A stretch of DNA of 64,000 nucleotides, from the IMG/VR virus record IMGVR_UViG_3300038809_000021, positions 7,782-71,781 of that record. One strand, given 5' to 3'. Positions 28,163 through 38,372 of this stretch are shown here, one piece after another. The notes under the pieces were generated by a model, which saw only the letters and a program-made list of their open reading frames with translations, did no database searches and had not been told where the DNA came from. The position numbers and the translations under genes are program-made. Position 1 is the stretch's first letter. The number at the start of each line of letters is the position of its first letter. The DNA is from a virus.

Positions 28163-30238
28163 ATGGCGTGGTATACCGAAGGGACGATCAGTCTCGTTCA
28201 GAATTCGAAGGTCGCTACCGGCACCGGGACCAAGTTCCTGGCCAACACTCGCTATGGCGACATCCTGTTTGTCAACGGCGAAGTCTACGAAATCATGGGC
28301 GCAGTCAATGACTTGCAGCTCAATCTGGTCAAGCAGTACACCGGCCCGACACAGCTCGAACAGCCGTACTCGCTGATCCGCAACATGACCAACGCCAGCA
28401 ACTATGACCTGATGCGGGCCATCGACGAAATGCTAGGCGAGCGCAACACGCAGCTCAACCAGTTCACAGTCTGGTCCAGCGGTACCGTCAATGGCGGCCC
28501 AGAAGGCGACGGTCGGTACCCTCTGACCAACCGCTTCGGTGTGACGCAGCTCGTGTACTGCCCGGCCAAGATGGCGCAGTTGTCCGGTACCCAAAATCAA
28601 ATCGACCTGACCCAGATTCAAACCGACATCACCAATATCCAGGACCTGCTCTCTGACTACGGCACTCTTGAGGCCAAGCTCAATGCTCTGGTGGGCGTGG
28701 ACCTGGCCAAGCTGGGCGGTCAGCCGAAGAACGCGAAGCTCACTCAGATCAGCGCCATTGAAATGAAGCTGAACCAGGTGCTGGTTGCCAGCGGTGAAGA
28801 GACCTTCACTGTGATGGACATCAGTGACCGGGGCAAAGCTCTGATCGCTGCACAGACAGCGGCTGAAATGCGCTCTGTGATGGGCGTAGCAACGGGCGGG
28901 ACCGGTTCGGGTAACTCGGGTAGCGGTGGTGTACCAGGACGTCGTGTAGCGATTCTGGGGACGTCTCTGTGCCAGTTGTGCAACTACGGTACCGCGACCG
29001 AAATCTCGATGACCAACCGTTCCTGGATTGGCTGGGCCGCAGTGCTGACCAACAACAAGATCATGACGCCAGTCTGGTATGACCGCGGTCTGTACCCAGG
29101 CTGGGAAGTGTCCGATCACGTTGGCGATCCACGAGGCTTCCGCGGACTGAACGCCGGTGTATCGAGTGACCACGCCGACAACATCTTCGACCGGGCCAGC
29201 TACCTGGTGGCGAACGTGGACTGCGAGTTCGTGGTCATGGACAGCGGCATCAACGACATCGGTGACAACAGCCTGACCAGCGATGCGATCAGCGCCCTTC
29301 GTGAGAAGACGGTCGACTACCTGCTCGCCAATGGGAAGACGGTGATCATGCTGACGCTGCTGAGCCCGGCTGCCACGTATTACCCAATCGGTTCGACACA
29401 GCGCCGCAAGATGGAGCGTGTGAACAACCGTGCCCGCGAGTTCGCCTTGCAGCGGAAGAACATGTACCTGTTCGACTGGACCGAGTACATGATGGACTTC
29501 AACGATCCGAACGGTCAGCCAAAGCCGCTGCACTCGGTCGACGGTCTCCACTTTGCGCCCCGCGGTGCCTTCGCTGTAGGTAAAGGTCTGGCCAAGCTGT
29601 TCAGCACCTTCTTGCCGGACGCACCGCGTGTAGTCTGGTCGCCAGAGGACATCTACGACTCGGTGTTGGCGCCCCAGGGCAACCTGATGACCAACAGCTT
29701 CTGCTACGGGCAGAGCGGTACGCTCGATGCCGGGGCAACGGGCAACGTCGCAAACGGTATGCGTGGCGGGATCAACAGCGGTGACGGCAGCGCGTTCTAC
29801 GAGAAGCTGGCCCGCGCAGACGGTCGTGGTCAGTGGCAGCAGATCACGATCACACCTGGCACCACCGATACGCAAGCGCTGTTCCGTGTGACGGACATCA
29901 CCCACGGTCTTCCAGAAGGAACCTGGGTCCAAGGTAGCGTCGAGCTGGAATGTGACGCCTGGGAATACTGGGCTGGCATCAACCTGCAAATGCGTGACCT
30001 CGCGGCCGGCGGCCTGACTTCGCACGCACTGAAATCCTACTCAGGGTTCCCGATGCCGGCCGAAGCCTGGTCTGGTACCATCATGACCCCAGCTTTTCAG
30101 GTGAAAGCTGGCGGACAATTGCGGTGGCGCTTCGAAGCGACCGCCCTGGGTAACGCAGTCGGCAAAGGCGTTGTACGAGTGGGCGCTGTTGGTCTTCGCG
30201 TAACAATCGATCCGAAAATCATCGTCAACGCGAGGTAA
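28163..30238 (+). CDS. Tail spike/fibre 1 with SGNH/GDSL esterase domain
   Basis: Virion-anchor N-terminus MAWYTEGTISL...; SGNH blocks ILGTSL, NAGVSSD, DSGIND, DGLHF. Confidence 0.8.
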   Translation: MAWYTEGTISLVQNSKVATGTGTKFLANTRYGDILFVNGEVYEIMGAVNDLQLNLVKQYTGPTQLEQPYSLIRNMTNASNYDLMRAIDEMLGERNTQLNQFTVWSSGTVNGGPEGDGRYPLTNRFGVTQLVYCPAKMAQLSGTQNQIDLTQIQTDITNIQDLLSDYGTLEAKLNALVGVDLAKLGGQPKNAKLTQISAIEMKLNQVLVASGEETFTVMDISDRGKALIAAQTAAEMRSVMGVATGGTGSGNSGSGGVPGRRVAILGTSLCQLCNYGTATEISMTNRSWIGWAAVLTNNKIMTPVWYDRGLYPGWEVSDHVGDPRGFRGLNAGVSSDHADNIFDRASYLVANVDCEFVVMDSGINDIGDNSLTSDAISALREKTVDYLLANGKTVIMLTLLSPAATYYPIGSTQRRKMERVNNRAREFALQRKNMYLFDWTEYMMDFNDPNGQPKPLHSVDGLHFAPRGAFAVGKGLAKLFSTFLPDAPRVVWSPEDIYDSVLAPQGNLMTNSFCYGQSGTLDAGATGNVANGMRGGINSGDGSAFYEKLARADGRGQWQQITITPGTTDTQALFRVTDITHGLPEGTWVQGSVELECDAWEYWAGINLQMRDLAAGGLTSHALKSYSGFPMPAEAWSGTIMTPAFQVKAGGQLRWRFEATALGNAVGKGVVRVGAVGLRVTIDPKIIVNAR

Positions 30239-30240
30239 GC

Positions 30241-33108
30241 ATGGCCTGGTATAACGCAGGAACAATCGCAGTCGTTGCGGGCAGCAAGAAAGTGACAGGG
30301 ACTGACACCAAGTTCCTGAGCAACGTCAACCGCGGCGGCATCCTGGTGATCGGCACTGAGCTGTGGATCATCAATGACGTGAAGAGCGACTTTGAGCTGG
30401 AGCTGCGCGAGGCGTACACCGGCGCGACTGCTTCGGGTATGACCTACGAAATCATCCTGGACTGGGTAAACCCCGATCCAGATGGCCTCGCACGCCGCAT
30501 CGACGACTTCTTGACCGATCGCCAGCGCACGATGGATGAATTCGTCCGCTGGGTGAACGGCAAGTACAACGACGGCCCAGCGAAAGACGGCAAGTACCCG
30601 CTCACAGACCGCTACGGCGTCGTCACGCTCGTGAAGAGCCCGGAGCGGATGCAGTACGAGGCTGGAGGCGGAACGGGCGGTGGTGGAGGCGGTGCAGACC
30701 TTGCTGGCGCCGGTATCATTCTGGCCAGCGACTTCGGAGTGCTGGGCGGCGGTACCATCGACGAAACCGACAACATCAACGCAGCGCTGGTGGCCGCACA
30801 GAACGCGGGCGGTGGCGAAGTCATCGTGCGCAGCAAGAACGGCACCGACAAAATCTACATCAACGGCCTGATCGCCATTGAGTCGAACAACACCAAGCTG
30901 ACCTTCGTGAGCGACATCAACTACGGCAGCCAGGGCTGGATGCGTATCAGCGGTGGGCTGGCCGAGATTCGCCGCCCAGGTCAGATCGAACTGCTCAAGC
31001 TACGCCTGCCCAGCTACGCGAATGCAGACGGCTACATGGTCTTGCCAATGCGTGAGGGCAACGGTGGGTTCCTGAAAGTAGGCGATCGGATCACCATTCG
31101 TGGTGAGAACGACAAGAACGGCCGAGTCATCGACAAGCAGATCACCATCGTGACAGCGATCAATGGTGACGACGCCATCTGTTCTGACGAGCCGGACTAC
31201 ACGTTCCAGCCTGTGTACCCTGACTCCGAGTTTGAGGACGACCACACTACCGGTACCACAATCTCGATCAGCGTCTACTCGGCAATGACCGCTGACTGCA
31301 AGAACACCGACGTGATTCCTGTGGTCGACAGCACCGGCTTCTTCGCCGGCGACCTCGTGTACATCAGCGACAGCCGTACCGAGAAAGACATGATGGCGCC
31401 GGTCGTGACGAACCTGCTGTCTGCCGCGAACATGGAAATCATGCGTATCGCCGCAGTCGAGGGCAACAACCTGCGCATGGAGCGAGCGATTCGTCGTGAG
31501 TATCTGACTGTCTGGGCGGGCGGTGTCGTGAAGATGGACGCCGTTCAGAACAGTCACATCAAGCTGCGCAACGTCTACTGGACTGGTGTTCAGCCAAATC
31601 GTAAAGCACACGGCATGGCCATCAACTACGGCGCCAACTGCACCACGAAGGTCGACAACATGTACGGTCGTGGCGGCCGGAAGGGTATCGGTATCCGCAT
31701 CGCCTACAGCTACGACTGCCACGCCATCGAGTCGAAGGTCTATGACGCCTACAGCTTCGCATCGGCTGAGGGGTACGGGATTTCCCTGTATTACTCGACC
31801 CTGTGTTCTGTGCGCAACTGTCACGCCGCCGGCAACCGTCACAACATCCTGTTGCAGACCGTGACAAGCTGCGACGTGTTCGACAACGTGTCCAATGACG
31901 ACTACATCAGCGGGATCGACTTGCACGGCGCCGGGTCTGTGGATTGCCGGGTCATGCGTAACCGTCTCTCTCGTTCCAAGTCCTACGCTGACGGTGTAAC
32001 CAACGGCGGCGCGATTCGTAACGGCAACACTGCGCACACCATCGGCGACCACAACACGCTGATCGCGGACAACTACATCGAAGGCTATCTGGACACCAAG
32101 TGCGCAGCCATCGACGTGTCGCCGTCTTCGAACGGTGTGATCGTGCGGAACAACGACATCGTGGATTGCCAGGTCGGCTTCCGTCACTATCGGATCGGCA
32201 GCTCGATCAGCCCGAGCCAGTTCAGCGACCGTGTAATCCTCGACGGCAACACCTACACCCGCGTTGCCCAGATTTATGACGTGGACAACTACGCCAACTC
32301 GTTCATCAACGAGCTGGTGTGCATCAACGAAAAGTCGGTCGACAACATCCAGCACTTCGTGATCAAGAAAATCCCGAAAGTCCTGATGATGAACTGCAAG
32401 ATCATCGCACCACGCATCACCCCAGGCGCCCACGCATTCGACATCACCGGTGTGGCCAACCTGAAAATGTACGACAACTATGCCGGTGAAGCTGCACGAG
32501 GCATTCGAGTCACGAGCTGCGCGGTTGCAAAACTCGTTCGCAACATGCTGGGCGATACCAACGAGAACATCGGCGTGGTCGATGGCGGGGGTAACGGTCA
32601 ACTGATCAACCTCCAGAACACCGATGAAGTCGTGGGCGGTGGTTCGGGTGGCGGTGGTACCGCTGTGAAGTGTCAGCGTGTTCTGGGTACTCTGCCGGCC
32701 GACACCAACAGCACCGAGACTGTATCGCTGAACAACAGCACGCCGGTGATCACCGCTGGTCTGACTGCGATGCAAGCGAGCCTGCCGGTGACAGTGGGTA
32801 GCTTCGTTGAAGTGACCGCAGTCATCCCGTATGTGAGCATGGGCGGGTCTTCGGGCGCGTGTGTCGCGCATTTGTGGGCAGACGGGGTTCGTATCGCGAC
32901 AGCAGTGAAACGTCTCACAGCGAGCGGTGGGGGTGTCAACAGCGGGGGTGAAGACTTCGTGCTGATCGGCAGCGTCACTGCGAGCGAGCCGATTCTGGAC
33001 CTGGTTTTGAAAATCGGCGCCTCTGATGCCGCGAACAACGTGATGCTGAACAACAAGCTGAACGGCAGCACGCAGCCATACATGATCATCAAGGAATATC
33101 AGAACTGA
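30241..33108 (+). CDS. Tail spike 2 with right-handed beta-helix (pectate-lyase-like) depolymerase domain
   Basis: N-terminus MAWYNAGTIAV... paralogous to spike 1; DFGVLGGGTIDETDNINAAL spike neck; Asn/Ile/Cys beta-helix repeats (VRNCHAAGNRHNILL, IDLHG). Confidence 0.8.
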   Translation: MAWYNAGTIAVVAGSKKVTGTDTKFLSNVNRGGILVIGTELWIINDVKSDFELELREAYTGATASGMTYEIILDWVNPDPDGLARRIDDFLTDRQRTMDEFVRWVNGKYNDGPAKDGKYPLTDRYGVVTLVKSPERMQYEAGGGTGGGGGGADLAGAGIILASDFGVLGGGTIDETDNINAALVAAQNAGGGEVIVRSKNGTDKIYINGLIAIESNNTKLTFVSDINYGSQGWMRISGGLAEIRRPGQIELLKLRLPSYANADGYMVLPMREGNGGFLKVGDRITIRGENDKNGRVIDKQITIVTAINGDDAICSDEPDYTFQPVYPDSEFEDDHTTGTTISISVYSAMTADCKNTDVIPVVDSTGFFAGDLVYISDSRTEKDMMAPVVTNLLSAANMEIMRIAAVEGNNLRMERAIRREYLTVWAGGVVKMDAVQNSHIKLRNVYWTGVQPNRKAHGMAINYGANCTTKVDNMYGRGGRKGIGIRIAYSYDCHAIESKVYDAYSFASAEGYGISLYYSTLCSVRNCHAAGNRHNILLQTVTSCDVFDNVSNDDYISGIDLHGAGSVDCRVMRNRLSRSKSYADGVTNGGAIRNGNTAHTIGDHNTLIADNYIEGYLDTKCAAIDVSPSSNGVIVRNNDIVDCQVGFRHYRIGSSISPSQFSDRVILDGNTYTRVAQIYDVDNYANSFINELVCINEKSVDNIQHFVIKKIPKVLMMNCKIIAPRITPGAHAFDITGVANLKMYDNYAGEAARGIRVTSCAVAKLVRNMLGDTNENIGVVDGGGNGQLINLQNTDEVVGGGSGGGGTAVKCQRVLGTLPADTNSTETVSLNNSTPVITAGLTAMQASLPVTVGSFVEVTAVIPYVSMGGSSGACVAHLWADGVRIATAVKRLTASGGGVNSGGEDFVLIGSVTASEPILDLVLKIGASDAANNVMLNNKLNGSTQPYMIIKEYQN

Positions 33109-33114
33109 TCTAAT

Positions 33115-33132
33115 GCCCACCAAATGGTGGGC
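33115..33132 (+). other. Hairpin separating spike operon from fibre 3 unit
   Basis: GCCCACCA-AA-TGGTGGGC with no U tract. Confidence 0.45.
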
Positions 33133-33194
33133 TAAGTCAAGCCTGAGCTGTATCATAAGCCACCACCACAACACACACGCTTTGGAGTCCAGAA

Positions 33195-33458
33195 ATGGCT
33201 GACATGATTGACGACACCGCGATCCAGACTACTTGGGTGAGCGCCCATGCAGCCGCTGGACTCGTCGGCGGTGCTGCACTGACCATCCAGAACAAGGGCG
33301 CATACCCCGTGCTGGCCATGATTCGCAACGAACAGCCGGCCGCCGGCACTGTCTCTGGCTTCCGCATTCGTCCGAACGAAGTGTGGTCCAGTGACCTGGG
33401 TGACACTGTTTGGCTGCGCGCCGAAGGTGGCACTTCTTACATGAGCATTCAGGGGTAA
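33195..33458 (+). CDS. Small beta-rich protein, possible adaptor for fibre 3
   Basis: 87 aa, GGAG RBS, directly upstream of fibre 3. Confidence 0.65.
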   Translation: MADMIDDTAIQTTWVSAHAAAGLVGGAALTIQNKGAYPVLAMIRNEQPAAGTVSGFRIRPNEVWSSDLGDTVWLRAEGGTSYMSIQG

Positions 33459-33464
33459 GTACAG

Positions 33465-35954
33465 ATGGCACTCAAGCAAATCTATCCAGGTGCAGGTAGC
33501 GGCGGAGGTGGTGGCGAAGGTCCAACCGACGAGCAGCTTGCCCAAATTGGCGGCGTAGCGAACGACGCCAAGAACATTGCCAACGGCGCCAAGACTGTCG
33601 CCGCGGACGCTGCTGTCAAAGCCGATGCCGCCAAGACTGCTGCTGACGGCTACTCGGGCCAAATCACCGGCGCTGTGAGCAAGGCTGACGCAGCAAAGGC
33701 CGCCGCAGACGCCGCTGCTGCTGCTGCATCGACTGCCTCTGGCAAAGCTGATGCCGTAACTGCGACCGCAGCCGATGCCAAATCCAAAGCAGAAGCGGCA
33801 CAAAGCGCTGCAACGACTGCATCCGGTAAGGCTGATGCTGCAAAGGCGACCGCTGACGGTCTGGATCAGCGCGTAACCGTAGCAGAAGGTAAAGCGACTG
33901 CTGCCAAGACTGCTGCTGACAACGCGACCGCTTTGGTTGGCGCTGCATCGAGCAAAGCAGATGCTGCCAAGACTGCTGCGGACGATGCTGCTGCGCTGGC
34001 CGGCAGTCACGAATCCCGAATCGATGCAGTTGAAAGCACCGCGAACGGCTTCGGTACCGCAATCAGCGAAGCGAACGCCAACTCTGCTGCCGCTCGACTG
34101 ACCGCAGACAACGCCTACAGCCTGGCTGACGGTCTGTCTGACGCTGTAGAAGATGCAACTGCTGCGACCAACGCCGCTGCTCAGGTAGCCGCGACCGCAA
34201 AAGCAACTGCTGACACCACGAAGACTGCCGTTGACACGTTGAAGATCACCGTCGATGCCAATGGTGTGGCCATCAATGCCAACGCCAACAAGATCGAGCT
34301 GGTCGAAGACAAGGCTGACGCTGCATCTGCTGCTGCATCCGCGGCTACCCAGGCTGCAAACGACGCAACCACTCTGATCAGCGATACCGCTGACCGGATC
34401 GACCTGACTGACGATGCAGTTGATGCTCTGACCACTCGCGTTGCTACCCTGGAAACCAACGGTGGCGGTGGCGGTACTGGTCCAGCGTATGACGACACCG
34501 CGATCAAGGGTCGTGTAACCAGCCTGGAGGCCGCTGACGTTGATATGGATGGCCGCGTGGACGCTCTCGAAGCGGACAACACCGTCAACAAGTCGGACAT
34601 TGGTGTTCTGAAAGCAGCATCGGCCGCAGCCGGCGCCGCAGTGCCAATGGAATACCTGTCTGTCTGGGGCGACAGCCGCACAGCACAGAACTGGAACAGC
34701 TCGGGCAGTGCAATCCTGGCCCGCGGCTATGCCTTCTGGGCAGAAGCGTTGTCTGGTCGTGTGCGCGCTCACCAGAAGTACAACTTCGGTGTATCGGGCG
34801 ACTCGATCCAGCAACTGCTCGACCGTATCAACAACGACACCGCGAACGCGGCCGGCATCAAACCTTCTCAGGTTCCGCCAAGTCACGCAGTTCTTCACAT
34901 CGGTACCAACAGCATCAACTCCGGTGTGAGCGTCACCAACTGCATGGCTCAGCTCAACCAGATCATCAACTGGCTGATGGGTAAAGGCCACACGGTCTAC
35001 GTCGTCAGCGAATGGCCTCGTGGTCTGACCGCAACCGGCAACGCAATGCTGACTGCCGACAATCAGAAGATCATGTACGGCTACGCTCGTGAAATTCGCA
35101 AGCTGACCCGCACCAAGAAGATCAAGGTGATCGACGCCTGGCCGGCAATGGCTGATCCGACTCTTTCGACTGCACAGCCTCGTCTGGGCTACCTGAACGG
35201 CGATGGTCTACATCCGTCGATCGGCGCCGGCTTCATCACTGGCAAACTGATCGCAAAGGCTTTGGAAGAGAACAACGCTCACAAGATCGCATTCCCACCA
35301 GGCTCTCAAGACCTGTACGATGCGGTAAGCAATAAGGAAGGTTCGCTATCGCCCAACCCAATGCTGCGCGGCACTGGCGGTGTTCTGGGTACCGGTGCTG
35401 CAACCGGTGTTGCTCCAGACGGCTGGACAATCACCCCAGGTGGCGGTCTCTCTGCTGTTGGTAGCCAGGTTACTGTCACGATGCCTGACGGCACCAAGCG
35501 TGAAGCCTTCCGTATCGTGATCAGCGGCACGGCAAGCTCCGCTAACGCCAACGTCTACGTTCGCATCCCGAACACCTCTCGGGTTGCAGTAGGCGGCCCT
35601 TGGACCGGCAAGATCGCTGATGGCGACATCATCGAAGGCTGGGCGGAAATCATCGTTGCAGACGGCTTCCAGAACCTGAGCAACGTAACCTGCAACATCG
35701 CTTCGAACACCACGCCTTTGGGTGTACAGGGCGGTCTATACACCGGGGGCGGTTCGACTGGTGACTTGCAGTGGCCTGAGAACTTGAAGCAGGGTTTCTC
35801 GGCCATCTTCCGTTCGCCAGAGCTGCTTGTAACTTCGGCTCACACCACGTTCCAGTTCGAAGTTCGCCCTTACTTTCTGGAGACCGGTCTGCCTTGCAGT
35901 CTGACTCTGGACATCCTGTCGGCCGGCGTTCGCAAGAAAACTGCCCTCGCGTAA
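33465..35954 (+). CDS. Fibre 3: Ala-rich coiled-coil stalk plus SGNH/GDSL esterase head
   Basis: Repeated KADAAK(T/A)AAD units over ~390 aa, then WGDSRT, NFGVSGD, HIGTNS, DGLHP. Confidence 0.8.
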   Translation: MALKQIYPGAGSGGGGGEGPTDEQLAQIGGVANDAKNIANGAKTVAADAAVKADAAKTAADGYSGQITGAVSKADAAKAAADAAAAAASTASGKADAVTATAADAKSKAEAAQSAATTASGKADAAKATADGLDQRVTVAEGKATAAKTAADNATALVGAASSKADAAKTAADDAAALAGSHESRIDAVESTANGFGTAISEANANSAAARLTADNAYSLADGLSDAVEDATAATNAAAQVAATAKATADTTKTAVDTLKITVDANGVAINANANKIELVEDKADAASAAASAATQAANDATTLISDTADRIDLTDDAVDALTTRVATLETNGGGGGTGPAYDDTAIKGRVTSLEAADVDMDGRVDALEADNTVNKSDIGVLKAASAAAGAAVPMEYLSVWGDSRTAQNWNSSGSAILARGYAFWAEALSGRVRAHQKYNFGVSGDSIQQLLDRINNDTANAAGIKPSQVPPSHAVLHIGTNSINSGVSVTNCMAQLNQIINWLMGKGHTVYVVSEWPRGLTATGNAMLTADNQKIMYGYAREIRKLTRTKKIKVIDAWPAMADPTLSTAQPRLGYLNGDGLHPSIGAGFITGKLIAKALEENNAHKIAFPPGSQDLYDAVSNKEGSLSPNPMLRGTGGVLGTGAATGVAPDGWTITPGGGLSAVGSQVTVTMPDGTKREAFRIVISGTASSANANVYVRIPNTSRVAVGGPWTGKIADGDIIEGWAEIIVADGFQNLSNVTCNIASNTTPLGVQGGLYTGGGSTGDLQWPENLKQGFSAIFRSPELLVTSAHTTFQFEVRPYFLETGLPCSLTLDILSAGVRKKTALA

Positions 35955-35969
35955 CACAACCGCAATGCG

Positions 35970-35996
35970 AAAAGGGAGCCACTTGGCTCCTTTTTT
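35970..35996 (+). terminator. Intrinsic terminator after fibre 3
   Basis: GGAGCC-ACTT-GGCTCC followed by T6, with an A tract upstream. Confidence 0.8.
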
Positions 35997-36100
35997 GTTG
36001 TCCATTAAAAAGACCTGATAGACTATCTCCATCAAACATACCTCTCGTGGGAAGCCAGCATGACTTCTGTCCAATTCACACACCCAAAAGGTGCCGAATT

Positions 36101-36364
36101 TTGAGCACATCTACAGACATCACACTTGAGGGGTTGAGCTTGAAGATCGCGCCACCCGCAGCCGTAAGCGGGGCAGTCATGTTGGGCATGACTCCGGCAC
36201 AATGGATCACAGCGTTGACACTCCTGTACCTGGTCATGTCGATTGGCCTGTTGATCCCCAAGTATTGGGCACAGTTCAGAGATTGGCGTAACGCCTGGGC
36301 TGAATCCCGCAAAATCAAAAAGGCTGCCAGGGAAGCGGTCAAAGAAGCCGACAAAGAGGTCTGA
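36101..36364 (+). CDS. Holin
   Basis: TTG start after AAGG RBS; hydrophobic segments and basic C-terminus; directly before endolysin. Confidence 0.75.
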   Translation: MSTSTDITLEGLSLKIAPPAAVSGAVMLGMTPAQWITALTLLYLVMSIGLLIPKYWAQFRDWRNAWAESRKIKKAAREAVKEADKEV

Positions 36365-36366
36365 GC

Positions 36367-36864
36367 ATGGAACTCAAGAAGAAGATTATCGCGTCGGCAT
36401 TCGCAGGCGTTATCGGCGCCGCTGCAACCTTCATTCAGCCGGAAGAAGGTATCAAATTTCAAGCTTACCAGGACAGTGTGAAGGTCTGGACCGTTTGCGT
36501 TGGCCATACTGGCAAGGATGTAGTCAAAGGTAAACGCTACTCCCAGGCTGAGTGTGACGCTCTGTTCAAGTCTGACATCTGGATCGCCATGGAAGGCGTT
36601 CTCAAAGCCACTCCCAACGTCAAGCTGCCGGAGCCGGTTCTGGTCAGCTTCACCAGCTTCGCGTTCAACGTAGGTGTAGACAAGTTCCGAACGTCCACGA
36701 TGGCCAAGCTCGCGAACTCCGGTGACTTCGTTGCTGCATGTCACCAGCTCCCGAGGTGGAAGTTTGCAGGCGGCTACGACTGCTCTGTGCGCTCGAATCA
36801 ATGCTACGGCGTGTGGACACGTCGCCTCCGTGAAGAGACAAACTGCATGAGTGCCTTCAAATGA
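36367..36864 (+). CDS. SAR endolysin, GH24 lysozyme
   Basis: N-terminal KKK plus Ala/Gly-rich SAR segment; EEGIKFQAYQDSVKVWTVCVGHT catalytic E-D-T. Confidence 0.92.
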   Translation: MELKKKIIASAFAGVIGAAATFIQPEEGIKFQAYQDSVKVWTVCVGHTGKDVVKGKRYSQAECDALFKSDIWIAMEGVLKATPNVKLPEPVLVSFTSFAFNVGVDKFRTSTMAKLANSGDFVAACHQLPRWKFAGGYDCSVRSNQCYGVWTRRLREETNCMSAFK

Positions 36865-37313
36865 TGAGAGTAATCGTTGTCCTGCTGATCGCCATCATCG
36901 GTGTCAGCGCTGCATGGCGGGTAGACAATTACAAGGCCAGGGTGAAGACCCAGGACCAGGTAATTGAAAACCTGCAAGACTCAATCAAGCGCGACCAGCA
37001 AACGCTTACCGAAGAACGTGCGTGGGCCAAGAACCGGGAAGAGGTGATTGGCGCCCTGCTCCAGATCGGCAAAGACATGCAGGTCATGAGAGAAGAGGTT
37101 GATCTACAGAATCGGGAGCAGCAGAAGACGCTCCAGGAGTTGGTGAGAAATGACAAGGCTATCCAGAAGTACATGGCTGCTGCTGTGCCTCCTAAGCTCG
37201 GCGTGCAGTACGAACGCCCCGCCACAACCGACCCTACGCAATACAGGCCAGGTGGAGGCGTGCGCGCTGACCCCGTGCCCGCTGCCGGGAAGAAAGCCGC
37301 CCCTGTCAAATGA
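36861..37313 (+). CDS. Rz: Inner-membrane spanin
   Basis: N-terminal TM followed by coiled coil; follows endolysin. Confidence 0.85.
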   Translation: MMRVIVVLLIAIIGVSAAWRVDNYKARVKTQDQVIENLQDSIKRDQQTLTEERAWAKNREEVIGALLQIGKDMQVMREEVDLQNREQQKTLQELVRNDKAIQKYMAAAVPPKLGVQYERPATTDPTQYRPGGGVRADPVPAAGKKAAPVK

Positions 37314-37500
37314 AGACTGGACGCGAGCGGTTGATGATCTGGAAGGCGCATTAAAGGCTTGCTCGATCCAGGTGCTTGAGTGCATAAAGGTTCAGAGCAT
37401 CGGCAGCCAGGGCGACAGTTCGAAACTGCTGATCATGCCGGTAGAGGTCAAGACACCTACACCGGCATTGAAGAAAACGAAGTCCCCGCCAATGAAGTAA
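37150..37500 (+). CDS. Rz1: Outer-membrane lipoprotein spanin, overlapping Rz
   Basis: Lipobox LLSSAC, Pro-rich, shifted frame starting inside Rz. Confidence 0.85.
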   Translation: MTRLSRSTWLLLCLLSSACSTNAPPQPTLRNTGQVEACALTPCPLPGRKPPLSNEDWTRAVDDLEGALKACSIQVLECIKVQSIGSQGDSSKLLIMPVEVKTPTPALKKTKSPPMK

Positions 37501-37509
37501 GGAATTACC

Positions 37510-38364
37510 ATGTCCGGTAACCAGAGTCGCCTCAATCGTCAAGCGCGCCGCGCACAAGCTCGGAAAGAAGCGGACAAGAAACAGGGCAAGCAATTCCCTG
37601 ATCTTGTCCAACGTCAGAACGAGCTGGACGGAAAACTGGAAGCAGCAATGAACCGAGTTCGGTTCGGACCTCTGGAAGCGCGTAATCAGGCGCAAGGCCA
37701 ACTGATCAGCACCTTGGAACGCAGTCGTCTCACCTTCATTGGCGGGCCGGCCGGTACCGGCAAGACCTTCATCAGCGCCAGCATGGCCTGCGAAGCGCTT
37801 GAAGCCGGTGAAGTCGAGAAGATCATCATCACTCGTCCGATGGTGGGCTGCGACGAAGAAATGGGCTTCCTGCCAGGCACAGAGTGGGAGAAATTCCAAG
37901 CCTGGGTAGGGCCGATCCTGGAAGTTCTCGAAGGCAAGCTGGGCAAGAAGAAGGTCCAGACCTACGTCGAGTACGGCAAGATCGTCGGCAAGCCTCTGAT
38001 GATGATGCGTGGGTCGACCTTCCGTGACGCCTACGTGATCCTCGACGAAGCGCAGAACACAACCCCGGGCCAGATGAAGATGTTCCTGACTCGAATCGGT
38101 AGCGGTAGCCGGGTGATCGTCGATGGTGACGTTGACCAGTCTGACCTCAAGCTGCGCAATGGCGAAGTGAATGGCCTGGCAGATGCTCTGCACAAGCTGC
38201 GCAACAGTCACAGCGCCTCCATGTTCAACTTCGAGGAAGCCGACATCGAGCGCGACGAACTGGTCCGCGAAATCGTGATGGCGTATCGGACGAATGGCGA
38301 TCGACTGACCATCGAAGATGAATCGGTCGAAAGAGAGGTTCCGGCCATCCTTGAGGCAGCCTAA
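37510..38364 (+). CDS. phoH: PhoH-family ATPase
   Basis: GPAGTGKT, IIITRP, RGSTF ... ILDEAQN, GDVDQSD. Confidence 0.95.
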   Translation: MSGNQSRLNRQARRAQARKEADKKQGKQFPDLVQRQNELDGKLEAAMNRVRFGPLEARNQAQGQLISTLERSRLTFIGGPAGTGKTFISASMACEALEAGEVEKIIITRPMVGCDEEMGFLPGTEWEKFQAWVGPILEVLEGKLGKKKVQTYVEYGKIVGKPLMMMRGSTFRDAYVILDEAQNTTPGQMKMFLTRIGSGSRVIVDGDVDQSDLKLRNGEVNGLADALHKLRNSHSASMFNFEEADIERDELVREIVMAYRTNGDRLTIEDESVEREVPAILEAA

Positions 38365-38372
38365 ATTGGGCG

